Part shown: positions 22,811 to 36,010 of the stretch, piece by piece
Position numbering within the stretch: position 1 is the stretch's first letter
How the letters are laid out: every line of letters begins with the position of its first letter
Assembly: GCA_026770705.1 (NCBI GenBank)
Contig: JANJGN010000152.1
Location: forward strand, 558,001 to 622,000
DNA: 64,000 nt
From: Isurus oxyrinchus
Taxonomy: Eukaryota
Direction of reading: 5' to 3'
Made by a program: the position numbers and the translations under genes
Notes under the pieces: generated by a model
Told to the model about the DNA's origin: nothing
Database searches by the model: none
Seen by the model: only the letters and a program-made list of their open reading frames with translations

Positions 22811-25532
22811 TTGACCCAAGGAGTCAAATAAACAGAGAAATTGGCTAGTTCAGGAATAAGAGAGAGGGGGGACTTGGTATAACACCGAATGAACCGATAT
22901 TTGTGTGATCATAATAACAAAAATACTTCGTATAAAATAACAACTGTAAGAGGTCATGGCGAAACACTAGCAGAAACAGGGTCAACGTTAACAATATCAG
23001 AATCAGGTTACTATTGAAAACTGATTTCAGAAATAATGAGAGAGGTTTGCATTAGAATTGAATGACATGTAAGCTCTTCGGGCAACCATTACAGACACAG
23101 CGTTCTATACAATGAGATTGGATATAGAGAACAGATTAAAAGCGGTAAAGCTGTGTAATTAGTGCAATGTTTGATGATAACAGAGGACAGCAGTGAATTA
23201 CTGAATACATCACTGGATCCAGTGTGATAATGATACAGTCAGCACCTGATCCACCCAAATCGAAGTTGGGTCTGATATAATAGTTTGTATGAGACAGCGC
23301 CAGTTGATACAATAGCAAATCTTTTGCCTAATGCCTAATAACAGAGTCAAGCACGACTGAAATATGATGGGATGGAGTTGGTGCAATAACACTGACACAG
23401 TCTAGTGTAATAGCAAATGCCACATAACATTCTGGAATCACTCTGCAGGTCAGACAGAATCTGTGGCGGTAAGCAGAGTGAACGTTTCATGGCGATGACC
23501 CTTCAGCAGAACCGGAGTCATCGATTGGAAACTTTAACTCTGCTTCTCTCCACAGCCACTGCACTCCCAAGTGGTACAGTTTGCGGTCCTCCTGCTTTTG
23601 AGCTGTAAGATCTATGTTCAGATTCCACGCCCAGCTCCGTTGACCACGGGAAAAGTGTTGATGTGACAGAACGCCGGTTTGCAATCAGCCTCCAAAATCC
23701 TCCCGCCTCTCCACCCTTTCCCCAAGGCTGCAAAGTATATGACGATCTGGAAAACAAACAGGCTCGACACCTGCTGTCTGACCTGTTGAGGATTTCCAGC
23801 ACATTCGGTTTTTATATTAGATTTCTAGCATCTGCCATATGTCGCCGTTGTACTAATACAATGGGAACTGACATTATGTCAGAATTGACGAATTAGCATC
23901 ACTTTTACCCATGGGTCAAACGGTTGTGGGTTGAAGCCTCAATCCGGAGAGTTGACCACTTAATAACGGCCAGTGCTCACAGTGATAGTTTATATGTCAG
24001 CCTTTCAGTTCTTTTATCCATTATTTCCTTACACTCAGGAGGAGGAATTAAAGACAGAGAAACTCTGGACAGTTCCTCTATCCAGCAAAGGACGGGTTCC
24101 TGGGGACGTTGTTGTTGCTTTGACCTTCGCGCCCTCTCCAAAAAAAAACAAACAACCTCTGACTCCTTGCATTTGCAAAGGGAATTCTGACTGCCGGGTC
24201 CGGGCCAGACTGAGTCCTGGTCCAATAATAATCACAGAGGCCGGCTCCAGTGTGTCAGTAACAAAGGCTGCTGGTAATCTAACATGAAGAGAGGCAGGGG
24301 ATCTCATAAACATCTGACTGTATTAGGGTGTGAAAGTGTGAGGAAGCAATGATGTTTAGGGCCTTAGCGCAGGCTCCCTGTGTTATGGTGAGTGACCCAG
24401 GGATTTGTGCGGTAAAAACGGAGCGGAAACATCATGACAGAGGCCCGGGAGACTGACTCCACCTGACTAAAAGATGTTCTACCCAAGGGGAGGACCATCA
24501 AGGCGGCCTCCAGAGATTTCTGATATCTGAAGGATCAATGCTGCATCTGTCAGAGGAACAGAAAATAATCTGTTCCCTCTCATTCTTACCAACAGTTCTC
24601 CATTTACACAGACACGCAAGGGCCAAACACGCCAATGTTTAAATCTTCAGCGTGAGGCACATGATGACTGAAAGGATTAAACACCAAAACCTCACCAGAG
24701 GAAGAATCAGAGCCTAAAATGTTAAAGATAATCGTGCTTTCTACTAAACAAGCACTACTCAGTGTTATTATTTTGTTCAAAGAAGTGATTTGTTAATAGT
24801 AGTGAACTTCTGAATGATTCTTGGCAATTACCGACTCACACGCACTCAAGCGCTGTCAAAAGACAGGGTTAGCAGAAGACGAAAGCTGTAAAATTACTGC
24901 ATTTTATTTGGGCTCAATGAGGGACCGAGGTAGATACAGGAAAGGTGCTGGGACAGTGATATAGATGAGCATTTCAATTGGCCCCATTCCCTGTAATCCT
25001 TCAATTGTTAACGCCTTTAATTATTTATAGAATTCATTTTACAAAGTTATTATTAGTCTGGTGCCATCACCCTTCCAAGTTGTGCATTCCAGTTCAGAAC
25101 AACTCGCCGTGTTAAAAGAAAATAAACAATTATCCTCCTGTCTTCCTGTTCAACAAAGTAAATTTGCGTCCCCTGGTTACCGACCCTCCTGCCAATTGAA
25201 CTAGTCTCTCTTCATTCACACTAACAAACCTTTCATGATTTTGAACGCTTCTAATTAATCGACACACAGGGAGGTGGAGAGAGTTACACAGAGAAAGAGA
25301 TAGAAATAAAACTAAGGGAAGGAAACTTAAAATGAAAAAGGGAGACGGAATGTTGCAGAGAAACAGAGGAAACAAGTTTCGAGGGAAAGTGTATGTGTAG
25401 GGAGCGTGTGCGCGTGGCGGGTGGGGGAGAGAGGGGGTTGGTGGGTTGTGGAGGGGGAGTTAGAGTGGGGGCGGGTGGTGGAGCATAACAACGACAAATC
25501 AAAGGTATCAAGATCTCATTTCCCCGCTTCAG

Positions 25533-25845
25533 GGACTCGAGGGAGCTCAGTGACTGACCATCCAGCGATGTCCTGGAAATGGAAGCTCGAAACGGATCAC
25601 ACGGTCTCATTTGTAAATGTCACCGCAATGTGATCTGTGTGACTCTGCCCTGACTCTGTGGCCAGAAATAGGCCGCCTTGACAGATGTTCTCACCAGATT
25701 GTGGCCCCTGGATTTATTTTCTGCTCAGAAGTGAGATGTGCGGTTTGGAACCGGCAGCAGAGAAACAGGAAGTTGTGTTACCTGAGAATGAAACAGCAGG
25801 CGTCAGTTTCATGTTATCACCATGGACAGTCTTCCTGCCTGTGAG
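25533..25845 (+). pseudogene. Probable decayed TCR alpha/delta V relic (plus strand)
   Basis: Acceptor ccccgcttcag| then GTRGSSVTDHP, followed in shifted frames by DVLEMEARNGSHGLICK, QIVAPGFIFCSE and NRKLCYLRMKQ. Confidence 0.4.
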
Positions 25846-26636
25846 GTTAAACTCACTCTGACAGCATCAAGAACAACCCCACAGATTGCTGCCGATCTCA
25901 GCATAACATTCAACTCCATTCCAGATTTAAAGGATTAAATAAACGAAGTTATTTTGGTTATAACGTATTAACTGAAGGCGAGATTGACTGAATGTTATCA
26001 CTGGGAGAAAAGAGGGGAAATTAAAACTATAAAACCGCTCACAGGAGGTTATTCTAAAATGGAAAGTTTTAAGAGGGCTTGGTGCTGCCTGAGAGAAAGA
26101 GAGGAGAGAAGTTAAGTGAATGAGATGGTGTCTTTATGGCACTGAATTTTCCACTGATGAGATTTTGGCGCTTAATTTTTTCAATGATAATGTGCCTTAA
26201 GCAAAAGATTTAAACATTGGTGCCTCGAAGCTGCCAGATCCAGCCTTTGTGAGTCTGTGTAAGTGAGTGAAGTGAAGTCTGAGAGAGAGAAGAGAGGTTA
26301 ATTGATCTAGGTGTAGTCTGAGAGAGAGGAAGAGAGGGAAAAAGTTCAGTGAGTCATTTTAAAGATGTATTTTCCTTGACAACGGAATAGCCAGCTTGAC
26401 ATTACTTTCCGGAGCACTCAAGACAATGCATTACCGATAAATATTAACAGCAGCATAGGCAGCATATAGATATGTTCTCAATAAACTATTGTAACATGTT
26501 GAAAAATAATTATAATGTCTTTTGAAAGCAATGAAGCATGATATGTTCTAGACGTACCCGCACCACACATATAGCTGCACACATTCATATACACAGCCAA
26601 TCAGCCACACACACGCACAGGCACAAGCACACACTC

Positions 26637-26786
26637 NNNNNNNNNNNNNNNNNNNNNNNNNNNNNNNNNNNNNNNNNNNNNNNNNNNNNNNNNNNNNNNN
26701 NNNNNNNNNNNNNNNNNNNNNNNNNNNNNNNNNNNNNNNNNNNNNNNNNNNNNNNNNNNNNNNNNNNNNNNNNNNNNNNNNNNNNN
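26637..26786. other. Assembly gap
   Basis: Run of N. Confidence 1.
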
Positions 26787-27404
26787 AACATTGGTTATTA
26801 AGAGCCTGCGGCCGCCCATTCACCTGAGGATGCGGCTTCAGACCCTGTCTGTCACAATCAGTGACCACGCCAAAAGCGAACAGAAATTTCGGTTGAAAGA
26901 GGGAAAAATATCTGGAAATTAAAGAAACCTGTGAGCAATTGTCATTGATAAACTCAAGTATGAATCAGTCATCTCCAACACAATGCAGTTTGTGACTAAG
27001 TTGTGCAATGTGCAGTGCAATGTGGTTCACCTTTATTTCTATTCCTCAATCTCATTGATGAAGGGAATGTTACAAGATTCACCCCAAACTTTCAACACAA
27101 ACATTACACACATCACACTAGAGCAATTAGAAATTGCACACAACGCCTAATAGTTAGTAACAAGACTAAATGAATTCTTCCAAGACATTATTACCTACAG
27201 GATATTATAACATTTTAAAAATTAATACCCACCTGTCCACCTGGTTCTCTCTCCAGCTCTATCCAGTTAGTAGAGACCTTTTATCGTGCAGTAATAACTG
27301 AGACTTGGTCTCGTGTATTAATAAATGGGATTGGAGCTTTATAATATAAGGTGAGACATAGAAGAGTATAGCGATGAATGAAGCAGCCTAAAACAGTAAA
27401 ATCA

Positions 27405-28560
27405 CAGAATCATAGAATCACAGAACTTTGATGGTACTATGGTTAAGGAAGCTATTAGGCCCAACTTGTCTGCATCGGATCTCCAAATGGGCATTCTGAC
27501 CTAGTGCAATTGCCCTGGATTTTCCCCCCCACCCTTGCATTTTGTTTCTATTCAAATAATCATTTAATTGCCTCTTGAATGACTCAGTTGAACCTGCCTT
27601 CCTCACACTTCCAGGCAGTGTATACCAGGCCGAACCACTCGCTGTGTGAAAAAGTAATTTCTCACGTCACATTTGTTTCTTTTGCAAATCACTTTAAACC
27701 TGTGCCCTCTCGTTCTTTATCCTTCTATGAATGGGAACAGTTTCTTCCACTCTACTCTATCCAGCCCACTCATGATTTTGAAAACTTCAATCAAATCTCC
27801 TCTCAGCCTTCTCCTCTCCAAGGAACACAATCCCAACTTCTCCAGTCTCCCCTCATAACTGAAGTTTCTCATCCCTGGGAACATTCAATTAAACCTCTTC
27901 AGCACTCTCTCCAATATATTTCCATCCTTCCTATAATATGGTACAAAGGGCGGTACACAATATTCCAGCTGAGGTCTAACGAGGGCCTTACATAAATTCA
28001 GCATTACCTCCCTGCTCGTGTACTCTATGCCCCTATTAATAGAGCGCAGGAAACCAAATGCTTTATTAACTGCTCTCTCCACCTGTCCTGCCACTTTCAA
28101 TGATCTATGCATATCTACACCCAAGTCTTTCTGCTCCTGCACTCCTTTCAAAACTCCACCCCTTATTTGTTTTGTCTGTCCATGTTCCTCTTACCAAAAT
28201 GCATCACCTCGCACTTCTCCACATTGAATTTCATCTGCCACCTATCTGCCCACTCCACCAACTTATCTGTGTCCTCTTGAAGTTCCACACCATTCCCCTG
28301 GCAGTTTGCAACACTTCCAAGCTTCGTATCATCCGCAAACTTTCAAATTGTCCCCTGCACACCAAGGCCTAGATGGTTAATATATATCAGGAAAAGCAAG
28401 GGTCCCAATACCGACCCCTGGGGAACTGCACTACAAACCTTCCTCCAGCCCGAAAAACATTCATTGACCATTACTCCCTGCCTCCTTTTTTTCAGCTTAT
28501 TTTGTATCCACATTTCTTCTGTCCCTTTTATTCCATGAGCTATAACTTTTCCCACAATTT
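27405..28560 (-). mobile_element. CR1 LINE fragment
   Basis: VPQGSVLGPLLFLIYIN and LVRPQLEYCV motifs. Confidence 0.9.
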
Positions 28561-28849
28561 GGTTGTCAGATAAATCCTAATAAAATACAAACTGAGACTT
28601 TGTGCAATGCAACAACAGCTCAGGAATTGTCACTTGCAGTATATATAGAGGCACAGTTATGTGCATTAATAAACGAAGCATCATATAATGTAATAGAGAT
28701 AGAGACATAGTCTAGTGCAGTAATAACTGAGAAAAGTCAATTGTAGTGTATATCGAGGCATGGTCCAGTGCATTAATAAGTTAAACTGCAGATAGCATTA
28801 TATACACTGATACAATGCTGAAAGAAAGATAAAATGAGAAATGGTAAGT

Positions 28850-29510
28850 AATTGGGAAAACTAATAGAATGTTAGAAGTTATTGCGAGGGGAATTGAATA
28901 CAAACATATGGAAGTTATGCTTCAGTTATACCGGGCACCAGTGAGATCATGTTTCATGTACTGTGCACTGTATTGGTCACCTTATTTAAGGAAGGATGTA
29001 AATGTGTTGCAAGAGGTTCAGAGAAGGTTAATTAGATTAACACTTGGAATGGGTGGGTTGCCTACTGAGGAATGGTTGGAGAGACTAGGCTTATATCTTC
29101 TGGAGTTTAGAAGAGTAAGAGGTGACTTGACTGAAATATATAAGATCCTGAGGGGCCTTTACAGGGTGGATGTGGAGAGGGTGTTTCCTCTTATGGGAGA
29201 ATCTGGAACTAGGGGTCACTGTTTAAAAATAAGGTGTCGGCCATGTAAAACAGAGATGAGGCGAATATTTTCACTCTCAGGGTCATGAGTCTTTGGGACT
29301 CGCTCCCTAAAAAGGCAGTGGAAGCAGAGCCTTGAGGCAGAGGTGGATAGATTCTTGCTAAGCAAGGGGGTGATAAGTTATCGGGTGTCAGCAGGATGCA
29401 GATTTCATGTTACTATCCGTTCAGCCATGATATTGTTAAATGGTGGAGCAAGCTCAAGGGGCTGAATGGCTTACTCATGCTCATTGTTCATATGCTCTTG
29501 TGTTCGTATG
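28850..29510 (+). mobile_element. CR1 LINE 3' fragment
   Basis: IARGIEYKHMEVMLQLYR...WSPYLRKDV...RRVRGDLTEIYKI. Confidence 0.9.
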
Positions 29511-30177
29511 GTCCGGTACGGTCATCAGTGAGACAAGTTCAGCAGGTCAAGGGCAGTGATAACTGAAGCATGGTTCAGTGTAAAACAACAAAACACAATT
29601 TGCAGTGAAATATAAATTAAAACATGGTTGTACTACAGTGCAAACTGGATAAGGGTTAATTGGAGTGTGCACAGAAGCACGGCCTAATGTAGTAATAACA
29701 GGCGCATGATATGCATGATATAAACAGCAGCAGCGTCAGGTGCAGTGATAACTGGGAAAGGACCAATTGCAACACAAGTAGAGATATGGATGGCTGCAAT
29801 AATAAACAAGATAAGGCCCATTGTACTATTAACAGTGACGTTCACCTGTACAACAATAACTTAAGCAAAGTGTAATCTAGCGTTTACAGTTACAAATGAG
29901 GACGTAAGATAAATTGAACAGAGGATGTATAGGAATTATTAAAACAGGGCCTCGATTGACATAAGCTGAGGCAGTGTCTAGTGCAGTGATTCCTGATACA
30001 GGGCCTGGATTATTATAGGCTGAGACAGGGCCTAGTGCAGTGATTACTGATACAGGGTTTAGATTGATATAAACTGAGACAGGGTCTAGTGTAGTAATTA
30101 CTTATACAGGGCCGAGGTTAATGCCAACGGCGGAAGTGTTATGTGCAGTAATTCCTAATACAGGGTCTAGGTTGATA

Positions 30178-31485
30178 TAAAAACAGAAAATGCTGGAAAA
30201 ACGCCATTCCATTCTCTTAGTTCGTTCACCTCCTTCACATCTGTTCCGATGATGCCACAGTCCAAAATGATGCTTCTGACATGCCTTCCTTCTTCCTTAA
30301 CCAAGGTTATCCACTCACTGTGGTTGACAGGGCCATCAACTGTGTCCGACCCATCTCCCACATCTCTGCTTTCACACATTCCCCTCTCTCCCAGAATCAT
30401 GATAAGGTCCTCCTTTTACTCACGTTTCATCCCACCACCCCAGCATTCAAAGGATCATTCTCCGCCTTTTCCACTAACCCCAACATGATACCACCACCAA
30501 ACATACCTTCCCCTCACCACTCCACCCCATCCCTGTCAGCATTCCACAGGGACTGTTCCCTCTGAGACACCCTGGTCCACTCCTCCATCATCCGCAACAC
30601 CTCATCCCTTCCCATGGCACCTTCCCAAGCAATCAGAGAAGATGCAACACCTGCCCCTTTACCTCCTCCCTCCTCACCATCCAAGGGCCTAAACACTCAG
30701 GTGAAGCACCGGTTCATTGCACCTCGTTCAATTTGGTCGACTGCATTCGATGCTCCCAATGCAGTCGCCTCTAGATTGGGGACACCAAACACAGACTGGC
30801 AGGCCGCTTTGTGGAACACCTTCGGTCTATCTGCAGGCATGACCTAGACCTTCCTGTCGCTTGCAAATTCAACACGCCATCCTTCTCTGATACCCACATG
30901 TCCCTCTTTGACCTGCTGCATTGCCCCAGTGAAGCCCAGCGCAAACTGGAGGAACAGAAACTCATCTTCCGATTATGAATGTTACAGCCTTATTCATTTA
31001 TTCATTGTTTTATCCTTTTTTTAATCCCCTTTTACGTTCCTTTTTATACCATTTTTCCCTAATCACCCCTACCACACCCCCAAAAGGGCCATCAGTTACT
31101 TGTCCCAAGTTATTCTTTCACAGTGTGTTGATTCTGGCTCTGCTGTTAACACATTCTGCTTTCTTACCTTTATGACTCTATCAGCACCTACTTTAGCCTT
31201 ACTACTGCCATTAACACTCCCTTTTTCTGTTTGCCTATGACATGTTTGGAATGTCACCTTAATCCTACCTAATGCTTGTCTTCTATCCAGCCTGACCTGC
31301 TCCACCCCACTTAAACAGTAAATGTCATCACATTTCGACTTCTCTTTAGCTCTGAGGAAGGTCATACGATCTCAGAAAGTTAGTTCTGCTTCTCTCACCA
31401 CAGGTGCTGTCAGACCTGCTGCGATGTCCCAGCATTTTATGCTTTTCTTTCAAATTTCCAGCATCCGCACTATTTTGCTTTTATC
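30178..31485 (+). mobile_element. Penelope-like retroelement, degenerate
   Basis: NLVDCIRCSQCSRL*IGDTKHRL GIY-YIG remnant near 30730-30800; matches the 13090-14525 family. Confidence 0.82.
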
Positions 31486-34400
31486 CAGATTGATATAAAC
31501 TGAGACAGTGCCTAGTGCAGTGATTACTAATGGAGGGTCTAGATTAGCATGAACTGAGACAGGGCCTAGTGTATTGCTTACTGATACAGTGTCTAGATTA
31601 ATGCAAACTGAGACAGGCTCACGTGCAGTGATAACTGATACAGGATCTAGATTAATATGAACTGAGATATGCTCAAGTGCACTGATCACAGACACAGAAT
31701 TTAGATTAATATAAACTGGGACAGTGTTTATTGATACAGGATCTTGATCAATATAAATTCAGACAATGCCCTATGTAGTGATTACTGATGCAGGGCCTAG
31801 ATAAATAAAAATGAGGACAGTGGCTAGTACAATGATTACTGATACAGTGTCTGAATCAATATAAACTGAGACAGAGCTGAGTGCAGTGATGACTGATACA
31901 GGGTCCAGATGATAAAAACTGAGGCAGGGCATAGTGCAGAGATTACTGATACAGGGTCTAGATTAATGTTAACTGAGGCAGGGCATAGTGCAGAGATTAC
32001 TGATACAGGGCCGAGGTGAATATAAAATAGGACAGAGGCTAGTGCAGTGATTAATGATACAGGATCAGGGTCAGTATAAACTGAGGCAATGTCCATTGCA
32101 GTGATTACTGATACATGGCCTAAATTAATATGAACTGAGGCAGGGCCTAGTGCAACGATTACTGATTTAGGGACAGATTAATATGAACTGAGGCAGGCCA
32201 TAGTGCAGTGATTACTAATTCAGGGTCTAGATCAATATAAACTGAGACAGAGCCTAGTGCAGTGATTACTAATAGAAGGTCTAGGTTGATATAAAGTGAG
32301 ACAGAGCCTTATGCAGTGATTACTGATAGATGGTCTAGGTTGAAATAAAGTGAGGCAGGGCCTAGTGCAGTGATTACTGACACAGGGAGAAGAGCAATAT
32401 AAACTAGGTCAGAGGCTAGTGCAGTGATTAATGATACAGGATGAGGATCATATAAACTGAGACAGTGTCCATTGAAGTGATTATGGTTACAGGGTGTACA
32501 TCAGTATAAACTGAGATAAGGTCCAGTGCAGTGATTAAAGATGCAGGGTCTGGATTAATATAACATGAGGCAGTGTCTAGTGCAGTGATTACTGATCCAA
32601 TATCTTGATAAATATAAAACTAAGATCGTGTCTAGTGCAGTGATTACTGATACATGGTCTAGATTAATATGAACTGAGGAACAGCCTAGTGCAGCGATTA
32701 CTGATTTAGTGTCTAGATTGATATAAACTAAGACAGGGCATATTGAATTGATTACTGATGCAGGGTTCAGGTTAATAGAAACTGAGAGAGGGCAAAGTAC
32801 AATGATTATAGATTCATGGTGCAGAATATTATAACCAGAACAGGGACGAGGGCAGTGATTACTGAAACAGGGCCTTGATTAATATAAACTGAATCAGGCT
32901 CTTGTACAGTAATCACTGATACACGGTCTGAACTAACATAACCTGAGACAAGGCCTGGTGCACTGTTCACTGACACAGGACCCAGATAAATATAACTGGG
33001 ACAGGGGCTCGGGCAGTGATTACTGCTGCAGAGGCTAAATTAATATAAACTTTGATAGGGCCTAGTGCAGTGACTACTGATACAGGGTCTAGACTGATTT
33101 AAAAAAAACTGAGGCAGGGCATAGTGCAGTGATTGCTGATACAGGGTACAGATTAATATAAACTGAGACAGGGCCTAGATAAATGTAAGTCAGGACAAGG
33201 GCTAGTGCAGTGATTAATGATACGGGATCATGATCAATATAAACTGAGACAGTGTCCTTTGTAGTGATTACTGATACAAGATCTAGATCAATATCAATGG
33301 AGACAGGGCCTAGTGCAGAGATTACTGATACAGGGTCTTGATTGATATAAACTGAGGCAGGGCATTGTGCAGTGATGACAAATGCAGGCTCTATGTTAAT
33401 ATAAACTGTGACAGGGTCTCGTGCAGTGATTACTGACACATGGTCTATTTGATATAAACTGAGGGAGTGCATATTGCAGTGATACAGAGCCAAGAGCAAT
33501 ATATATGGAGACAGTGTTCATTGCAGTGGTTGCTGATGCACGGTCTTGATAAGTGAAAACTGAGACACTGCGAAGTGCAGTGATTACAGATACAGGGTCT
33601 AGGCTGTTATAAACTGAGGCAGACCATAGTCAGTGATTACTAATACTGGGTCCAGATAAATATAAACTGAGACAGGCCCTAGTGCAGAAAAAACTGATGC
33701 AAAGTCGAGATCAATAGAAACTGATGCAGGATCTAATGCATTGATGATTGACACAGGGTGTAGATTAATATAACCTGAGACCGGGCCTAGTGCAGTGATT
33801 ACAGATGCAGGGTGGAGAATGATAAAAACTGAGGCAGGGCATAGTGCAGGATCACTGATACAGGGTTGAGATTAATCTAAATTGAGACATGGTCTGGTGT
33901 GATGCTTACCGATACAGAATCAGGATCAATATAAACTGAGACAGGGCCCAGTGCAGTGATTACTGACACATGGTCTCAATCAATATTAACTCAGACAATG
34001 TCCAGTGCAGTGATTACTGACACAGAGCCTAGATTAATATAAACTGAGGCAAGGTCTAGTGCATTGATAACTGATACAGTGTCCAGATCAATAAAAACTG
34101 AGATAGGTCCAAGTGCCGCGATTACTGATACAGGAACTAAATTAATATAAACTGAAACAGGGTCTCGTCCAGTGTTTACTGATACAGGGTCTCAATCAAT
34201 ATAAACTCAGACAATGCCGACTGCACTGATTACTGATACAGGATCTAGATTTATAAAAACTGAGGCATGTTCTAGTGCAGTGATTACAGGCACAGGATTT
34301 AGCTTAATATAAACTGAGACAGGTTCTTGTGCAGTAATTACTGATACAGGGTCTCAACCAATATAAACTCAGACAATGCCCAAGGCAGTGATTACTGATA

Positions 34401-35860
34401 CAGAGCCGAGATAAATATAAATTGAGGCAGAGCCTACTGCAGTGATTACTGATACAGGGTCTAGCTTAACAGAAACTGAGAGAGGGCAAGTGCAGTGATT
34501 GTAGATTCAGTGTGCAGTTTATTATAACCAGAACAGGGACGAGTGCAGTGATTACTGAAACAGGGTCTTGATTAATATAAACTGAGACAGGCTCTTGTGC
34601 AGTAATTACTGATACACGGTCTGAACTAACATAACCTGAGACAGGGCCTGGTGCACTGTTCACTGACACAGGGCTCAGATAAATATAACTGGCACAGGGA
34701 CTCGGGCAGTGATTACTGATACAGGGTCTAGGTTAATATAGATATCGAGATGGGGCCTAGTTCAGGGATAACTGAAACAGGGTCTAGATTCATTAAAAAA
34801 AAGCTGAGGCAGGGCATGGTGCAGGGATTACTGATACCGGGCCGAGATTAATATACATTCAGAGAGGCTCAAGTGCAGTGATTGCTGATATAGGGTCCAA
34901 ATTGTTTTAAAAACGTAGGATCTAGTGCAGTGATTACTGATACAGGGCCTAGATTGATATAAACTGAGACAAGGCCGAGTGCCATGATTTGTGTTACAGG
35001 ATTGGGTGCAGAAAAATGGGACAGGGTCCAGTGCAGTGATTACAGGTACAGGGTCCAGATTAATTGAAACTGAGAAACAGTCCAGTGCAGTGCTTTTAGG
35101 TTCAGGGTACAAATTATTATTACTAGAACAGGGTCGGGTGCAATGATTACTGAAACAGGGTCTTGATTAATATAAACTGAGACAGGGTCTTGTGCAGTAA
35201 TTACTGATACAGGGTCTGAACCAACATAAACTGAGACTGGGCCTGGTGAAGTGTTCACTGATACAGGGCCCAGATAAATATAACTGCGACAGGAGCTCTT
35301 GCAGTGATTACTGTTGCAGTGACTAAATTAATATAAACTGAGACTGGATCTAGTGCAGTGATTACTGATAGAGGGACTGGGCTAATGTAAAGTGAGACAG
35401 AGTCTGGTGCAGAGATAACAGATGTGGGACCAGGATCAATATAAACTGAGACAGGGTCTAGATCAATATCAACTGAGACAGTTTCTACTGCAGTGAATAC
35501 TGATACAGGTCTTGATTAATAAAAACTGAGACAGGGCCTACTGCAGCGATTAATGTTACAGGGGCTAGATTAAAATCAACTGAGAGAGCCTCAAGTACAG
35601 AGATTACAGATATAGGGTCTAGATTAATATAATTTGAGACAGGTCTAGTGTAGAGATGACTGATACATGGCCCAGCTCAATATAAATTGAGGCAGTATCC
35701 AATGCAGTGATTACTGACACGGGGTCTTGATTAATATAAACTGCAGAGGGCACAGTGCAGTGATTCCTGATGCAGGCTCTAAATTAATGTAAACTGAGAC
35801 AAGGCCGAGTATGGTGATTACTGATACAGGGTCTAGATTGATAAAAACTGAGACAGGGCA

Positions 35861-36010
35861 GAATATAATTCAAAGATTGGCTTTGTTGTAGGAGACAGAG
35901 GATGATGACAGAAGGATGCTTTAGTTACTAGAAGCCAGTGTCCAGTGGCGTAGCACAGGGATCTGTGCTGGGTCCCCTATTATTTGGCATTTATATAAAC
36001 GACATAGATG
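35861..36010 (+). mobile_element. Truncated CR1 fragment within the satellite
   Basis: Same 5' junction and sequence as the longer copy at 39587. Confidence 0.8.

Noticed and set aside
23970-24330. Overlapping 80-100-aa ORFs after a possible splice acceptor
   Set aside because: No recognisable motif
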